From Rubrobacteraceae bacterium (GTDB taxonomy: Bacteria > Actinomycetota > Rubrobacteria > Rubrobacterales > Rubrobacteraceae), in NCBI GenBank assembly GCA_035689095.1, contig DASSMB010000195.1, positions 1 to 60,508 of the forward strand: 60,508 nucleotides of DNA, written 5' to 3'. A model generated the notes under the pieces. It was not told the DNA's origin, did no database searches, and was given only the letters and a program-made list of their open reading frames with translations. Each line of letters starts with the position of its first letter. Positions within the stretch are counted from its first letter, which is position 1. Shown piece by piece: positions 56,354 through 60,508 of the stretch. The translations under genes were made by a program, and so were the position numbers.

Positions 56354-57271
56354 CTATCTCTTGATGGCGCCGGTGATGCTCCCGATCACGTCTTTGGCAA
56401 CGTATCCGGCGATCTTCGGGTTCTCCTTGAGGCGGCGGGTCGAATATTCGTACCAGTCCTCGCCGAACGGCACGTAGATCCTGAGCTTGTGCCCCGCGTT
56501 CACGAGTATGCTCTGCAACTCCTCGTCCACTCCGAGAAGCATCTGGAACTCGTAGCGGTCCTTCGGGACCTCTAGCTGGTGGATGAGCCGCAGGGCGTGC
56601 CAGATCAGGAACTCATCATGCGTGGCTATGCCGACGTAACATCCTCCCTTGAAAAGCTCGTCGAGCAGGAAGATGTAGTTCTGCCGCACGGTGGCGAAGT
56701 CCTTGTACGCTACCTTCCTGGGCTCGTCGTAGATGCCCTTGCACAGCCGCACCGATATGCCCGACTCTATGAGGGGCTGCACGTCCTCGATGCTGCGGCG
56801 CATGTACGCCTGGATGACGGCGCCGGTGTTCTTGTGGCGTTCGTGCATGGTATGTACCATGTCGAGGGTCCTGGAGGTGTAGGGCGAGTCCTCCATGTCC
56901 ACCCGCACGAAGCGGCCGCGGGCCCCGGCGTACTCGACGATCTCCTCCAGGTTGGCCCGGCATAGCTCTTCGTTGATCGTCAGGCCGAAGGCGGTGGGCT
57001 TGACGGAGATGCCGGAGTCCAGGCCGTACTCCTCCACGGCGTCTATGACCTTCTTGTAGTCGCGAAGCGTGGCGGCGGCGTCGGCCTTGCTCTCGGTGCT
57101 CTCGCCGAGCAGGTCTATCGTGGCGACGCAGCCGCCTTTGTTGAGGTCTCGGACCGTGCTCACGGCTTCATCCAGCGTATCGCCCGCGATGTAGCGGCTG
57201 GAGATCCGGCGCACGACCGGCCGGGGAATTACCGGTACGGACCCTGCTATGGCCTTGTCTATAAATCCCAC
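56354..57271 (-). CDS. monofunctional proline dehydrogenase
   Basis: 305 aa. 'ISSRYIAGDTLDEAV', 'IDLLGE', 'VRVDMEDS', 'FQMLLGV', 'RIYVPFG'. Confidence 0.85.
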   Translation of the reverse strand: MGFIDKAIAGSVPVIPRPVVRRISSRYIAGDTLDEAVSTVRDLNKGGCVATIDLLGESTESKADAAATLRDYKKVIDAVEEYGLDSGISVKPTAFGLTINEELCRANLEEIVEYAGARGRFVRVDMEDSPYTSRTLDMVHTMHERHKNTGAVIQAYMRRSIEDVQPLIESGISVRLCKGIYDEPRKVAYKDFATVRQNYIFLLDELFKGGCYVGIATHDEFLIWHALRLIHQLEVPKDRYEFQMLLGVDEELQSILVNAGHKLRIYVPFGEDWYEYSTRRLKENPKIAGYVAKDVIGSITGAIKR

Positions 57272-57402
57272 GGATTATCGCCTCCAGATCGAGGTGTGAC
57301 TCTCCTGCAATTTTACTCCCGGTTCCAAGAAGCGCCCGGTGTAATTAACCGATTCCAGACACGCGGAGCAGAGAGGTTTCCCTGCTCCACACGCAAGTTG
57401 GT

Positions 57403-58839
57403 CTAGCGTTCGCCCCGGTCCGAAGGGGAAGTAGCGTCCACGGTCTGTTGCTGGCCGCCGCCGAAGCGCCGCCGTATCAGGAAGTAAGCCGCGACCACTA
57501 TGCCGGCGCTTAACAGGCTCAGGGCGAGCTGAGAGCGCGTGTCCGGGATGATGCCCATCGAGATTATGATCGCGACGAAGACCACTATCGTGAAGATCGT
57601 CAGGTACGGATAGAGCCACATCTTCAACTGCATCCGCTCCGGAGCTTCGCGCTCGAACCTCCTGCGAAGGATCAACTCCGAGAGCGCCACGAGCAGATAC
57701 ACGAACAGCGCTATCGCGCCCGAGGCGTTGAGCAGGAACTGAAAGACCGTCTCCGGCGAGACGTAGGCCGCGATCACGGCCAAAAACCCAACGGATGTGG
57801 AGATCAGGATGGCCTTCGCCGGCACGCCGCGCCGGGTGACGTCGAGGAAGAACTTCGGCGCGTCGCCTCTTCTGGAGAGCGAGTTGAGCATCCGGGAGGC
57901 CGTGTAGAGCCCGGAGTTCAGGCACGAGAGCACGGCCGTCAACACGACGAGCGCCATGATGGTGCTGGCTCCGGGGATGCCGATGTGGTCCAGGACGGCG
58001 GAGTACGGTCCGCGGCCGAGGGCCTTGTTGGCGTTCCACGGGAGAATAGTCACGACCAGGAAGATGGAGCCGACGTAGAAGATCATGACGCGGTAGATGA
58101 CCGTGTTGACCGCCCGCGCCACACCCCTGCCGGGCTCTGCCGACTCGGCCGCCGCGATGGTGACGATCTCGGCGCCGACGAACGCGAAGATCACGGTGAC
58201 GATGCCGTTGAACGCCGCAAACGGCCCGTTGGGGAAGAAGCCTCCGTGAGAGGTGAGGTTGGAGAAGTCCAGCGAGGCTCCCGGCCATAGCCCGAGAACG
58301 AAGATGGTCCCGAGCGCGAGGAACGTGATGATGGCGACGACCTTGATCGAGGCGAACCAGAACTCGAACTCTCCGAACGCGCCGACCGAGTAGAGGTTGG
58401 TGGCGGTCAGGAGCGATACGAGTATGAGACAGAACAGCCACAACGGTACACCGGGTATAAAGGTCTCCAAAATACCCGCCCCGGCCACGGCCTCGACCGC
58501 CACTACGACCACCCAGAAGAACCAGTACAACCACCCGATGGTGAACCCGGCCCAGCCCCCTAGAGCCATCCTAGCGTACTCGGCGAAAGAGCCGACCACA
58601 GGCCGGGTTACGGCCATCTCTCCGAGCATCCGCATGACCAGCAGCAGGATAATGCCGGCCATCAGGTACGAGAGGACAGCCGCCGGACCGACGGCGCCTA
58701 TGACCGTACCGCTCCCGACGAAGAGACCCGCCCCGATGACCCCGCCGAGCGAGATCATGGTCATGTGGCGCATCTTTAGTTGTTTCTTGAGGTCCTCCGC
58801 CTGCGCCCCCTGTTGGGTAGTACCCGTAGCCTCAGCCAA
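57403..58839 (-). CDS. APC-family amino acid permease (proline/GABA permease-like)
   Basis: 'MRHMTMISLGGVIGAGLFVGSG'. 12 TM. TTG start with AAGGAG RBS. Confidence 0.85.
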   Translation of the reverse strand: MAEATGTTQQGAQAEDLKKQLKMRHMTMISLGGVIGAGLFVGSGTVIGAVGPAAVLSYLMAGIILLLVMRMLGEMAVTRPVVGSFAEYARMALGGWAGFTIGWLYWFFWVVVVAVEAVAGAGILETFIPGVPLWLFCLILVSLLTATNLYSVGAFGEFEFWFASIKVVAIITFLALGTIFVLGLWPGASLDFSNLTSHGGFFPNGPFAAFNGIVTVIFAFVGAEIVTIAAAESAEPGRGVARAVNTVIYRVMIFYVGSIFLVVTILPWNANKALGRGPYSAVLDHIGIPGASTIMALVVLTAVLSCLNSGLYTASRMLNSLSRRGDAPKFFLDVTRRGVPAKAILISTSVGFLAVIAAYVSPETVFQFLLNASGAIALFVYLLVALSELILRRRFEREAPERMQLKMWLYPYLTIFTIVVFVAIIISMGIIPDTRSQLALSLLSAGIVVAAYFLIRRRFGGGQQQTVDATSPSDRGER

Positions 58840-59133
58840 AACCTCTCCTTCCCCCGAAAGTCCGGCGCTCCCGTACAGCGTCCCGTAGCTCCCGCACGGC
58901 GTCGCGCAATTTGAGGATCACGGCGAGTAACGAAGAAGCCCTGTCTCCGGCAACGCGCTCCGCCGCCGTCCACGGCGGACGCACCCGCCCCGGCCGCGCG
59001 CCCTTGTGGCTCGAACACCGGAGGCTAACAGGAAGTCTCAGATCTACCCCTACTTTGATCCACTCCTTACTTTCCAGGCCGGCAGCTTATTGTATATTGG
59101 ATGCAAAGTCAATAGCCGGGGTGGCTGCGCGGA

Positions 59134-59841
59134 TCAGGCGTGGTCCTTGTGGATTTCTTTTGCGTCTGGTCCTGAGTTCTCTTTTATGTAGGTAAAGAGC
59201 AGCTCGCTCGTCTCCTCGATGTGGCGGGTAAGGAGATTCAAGACGGCGTCGGTGTCCTTCTTGCGGCACAGTTCGAGCAGCTCGTAGTGTTCGCGCTGGG
59301 GTTTCTCGTACTCCGAGAGGGCGAGGTGCATCCGGATGTAGCGCTCGAAGGCGTCGTGCTGCGCTTTGATCAGGGCCAGGAGCCGGGGGCGTTCGGCGGG
59401 AGCGAAGAGCGTCGCGTGGAAGCGCCAGTTCAACTCGCTCCAGTAGGTGATCAGGTCCTCCTCGCGGTCTATTCGGCGCAGGATCTCTGCGGCGCGTTCG
59501 AGGTCGTCATCTTCCAGACGGGGGAGCGCCTTGCTCATCGCCATCGTCTCCAGGGCGACCCTTATCTCCGTGATCTCCTCTACCTCGTGATACGAAAGCT
59601 CGGAGACCACCGCTCCCCGGTGCGGGATGAACGTGACCATCCCCTCGCCTTCGAGCTGCCGCAGCGCCTCACGGACGGGGCTCCGGCTCACGCCGAAGCT
59701 CTCGGCGATCTCCTCCTGGCGCAGCGGCTGTCCGCCCGCCAGCACGCCGCTCAGGATTGCGTCCCGCAACCCGCTCGCCACCATGCTCTGGGTCGTGCGA
59801 AACTTCCCGGACGCCCTGGCTGCTATCTCACCCAACTCCAT
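59134..59841 (-). CDS. GntR/FadR-subfamily transcriptional regulator (wHTH + FCD)
   Basis: Start at MELGEI (ATG 59841). 'RQEEIAESFGVSRSPVREALRQLEGEGMVTF'. Helical FCD C-domain. Confidence 0.85.
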   Translation of the reverse strand: MELGEIAARASGKFRTTQSMVASGLRDAILSGVLAGGQPLRQEEIAESFGVSRSPVREALRQLEGEGMVTFIPHRGAVVSELSYHEVEEITEIRVALETMAMSKALPRLEDDDLERAAEILRRIDREEDLITYWSELNWRFHATLFAPAERPRLLALIKAQHDAFERYIRMHLALSEYEKPQREHYELLELCRKKDTDAVLNLLTRHIEETSELLFTYIKENSGPDAKEIHKDHA

Positions 59842-59855
59842 AACCGAAAGTATAC

Positions 59856-59870
59856 TGGATACGATATCCA
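59856..59870. promoter_or_regulatory. candidate GntR operator palindrome in the divergent spacer
   Basis: TGGATA-cga-TATCCA, perfect 6-bp arms, 15 nt upstream of the GntR start. Confidence 0.4.
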
Positions 59871-59956
59871 CCACGAACGCCGATGGTAGGATGGGACCGG
59901 AACAACTAAGGGACTCCAAGCCAGGAGGCGCTCGCCATGCAAAAGACCGACATCCA

Positions 59957-60508
59957 ACGCGGACCCGCATCCAAAACCCGCACCGTCGCCTCTCTCATAG
60001 GAGGACGGACGCTCGAGGACGCGCCGGGCGGACGCATGACCTCTATAAATCCGGCCCATACGGACGAGAGAGTCGCCGAGGTATTGCTGGGCGACGCGGG
60101 GACGTTCGTGGCGGCTTGCCGGATGGCGCGTGAGGCGCAGCGAGAGTGGGCGGCGGTGCCCGCTCCCATAAGGGCGCAGGTCATAAAGAAGATCGGGCGT
60201 CTGGTCGAGTCGAACAAGGAGGCCCTGGCGAGGCTCGTTACCCGTGAGATCGGGAAGCCATACACCGAGGCTTTAGGAGAGGTGCAGGAGATCATAGACA
60301 CCTGCGACTTCTTCACCGGCGAGGGACGGAGGCTCTACGGCCAGACCGTGCCGAGTGAGATGCCCGACAAGCAACTCTTCACTTTCCGGGTGCCGGTAGG
60401 GGTCGCGGCCATTATCACGGCCGGCAACTTCCCGGTCGCGGTGCCTTCCTGGTACCTGATCCCGGCCCTCACCTGCGGCAACACCGTGGTCTGGAAGCCT
60501 GCCGAGTA
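59957..60508 (+). CDS. aldehyde dehydrogenase, 3'-truncated by the window end
   Basis: AGGAGG RBS before ATG 59957. 'PVGVAAIITAGNFPVAVPSWYLIPALTCGNTVVWKP'. Open to the last base, which is why it is absent from the ORF track. Confidence 0.8.

Noticed and set aside
57275-58534. 419-aa minus-strand ORF in an alternative frame of the permease gene.
   Set aside because: It overlaps the 12-TM APC permease frame almost completely, and its product is Arg/Gly/His-rich with no hydrophobic helices.

Overview
This is a high-GC (about 65% by eye) chromosomal segment. Its gene content and protein style fit a Rubrobacter-like actinobacterium, but that is inference only. I found no rRNA, tRNA, CRISPR array, transposase, integrase or phage genes. 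The window is mostly metabolic and stress housekeeping with one accessory-looking block.

Gene order:
- 0.2-1.1 kb: a small ORF and adenylate kinase.
- 1.1-7.7 kb: a minus-strand menaquinone operon (menF-menD-MOSC-menH-menB-menC).
- 7.8-9.3 kb: an FGGY sugar kinase.
- 9.5-10.9 kb: two tandem lipoprotein-type sortase paralogues.
- 10.95-11.35 kb: a 400-bp AT-rich regulatory spacer.
- 11.3-13.3 kb: small stress-type genes (phasin-like, csbD, a small secreted Cys peptide) and bioY.
- 13.4-18 kb: GABA/arginine-type catabolism (gabT, a collapsed aldehyde dehydrogenase relic, an arginase-family ureohydrolase), a USP and alanine dehydrogenase.
- 18.1-22.4 kb: a TRIC/UPF0126 membrane protein, a MerR+XRE+cupin regulator, an S9 peptidase and a membrane protein.
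- 22.6-33.3 kb: a polyamine uptake and catabolism island (class-III aminotransferase, frameshifted amine oxidase, potADBC, MBL hydrolase, CrtI-like flavoprotein, aldehyde dehydrogenase).
- 34.4-45.1 kb: the most unusual block. Seven co-oriented minus-strand genes encode a PKD/Ig adhesin-like protein, a PD40-propeller-RTX protein, an insert-bearing S8 subtilase, a tail-fibre-like secreted protein, a membrane protein, a HisKA_3 sensor kinase and a LuxR-type response regulator. A decayed paralogue of the same kinase/regulator pair lies on the far side at 45.9-46.8 kb, and a conserved promoter-like motif is shared between them.
- 47.5-60.5 kb: an amidase, an MFS transporter, a LOV-PAS-GAF-PP2C photoreceptor phosphatase divergent from sodA, a CoA-disulfide-reductase/NADH-oxidase-like flavoprotein, and a proline utilisation cluster (GntR, permease, PRODH, P5CDH) next to a 3'-truncated aldehyde dehydrogenase.

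Many long ORFs in the track are antisense high-GC artefacts and were not called.
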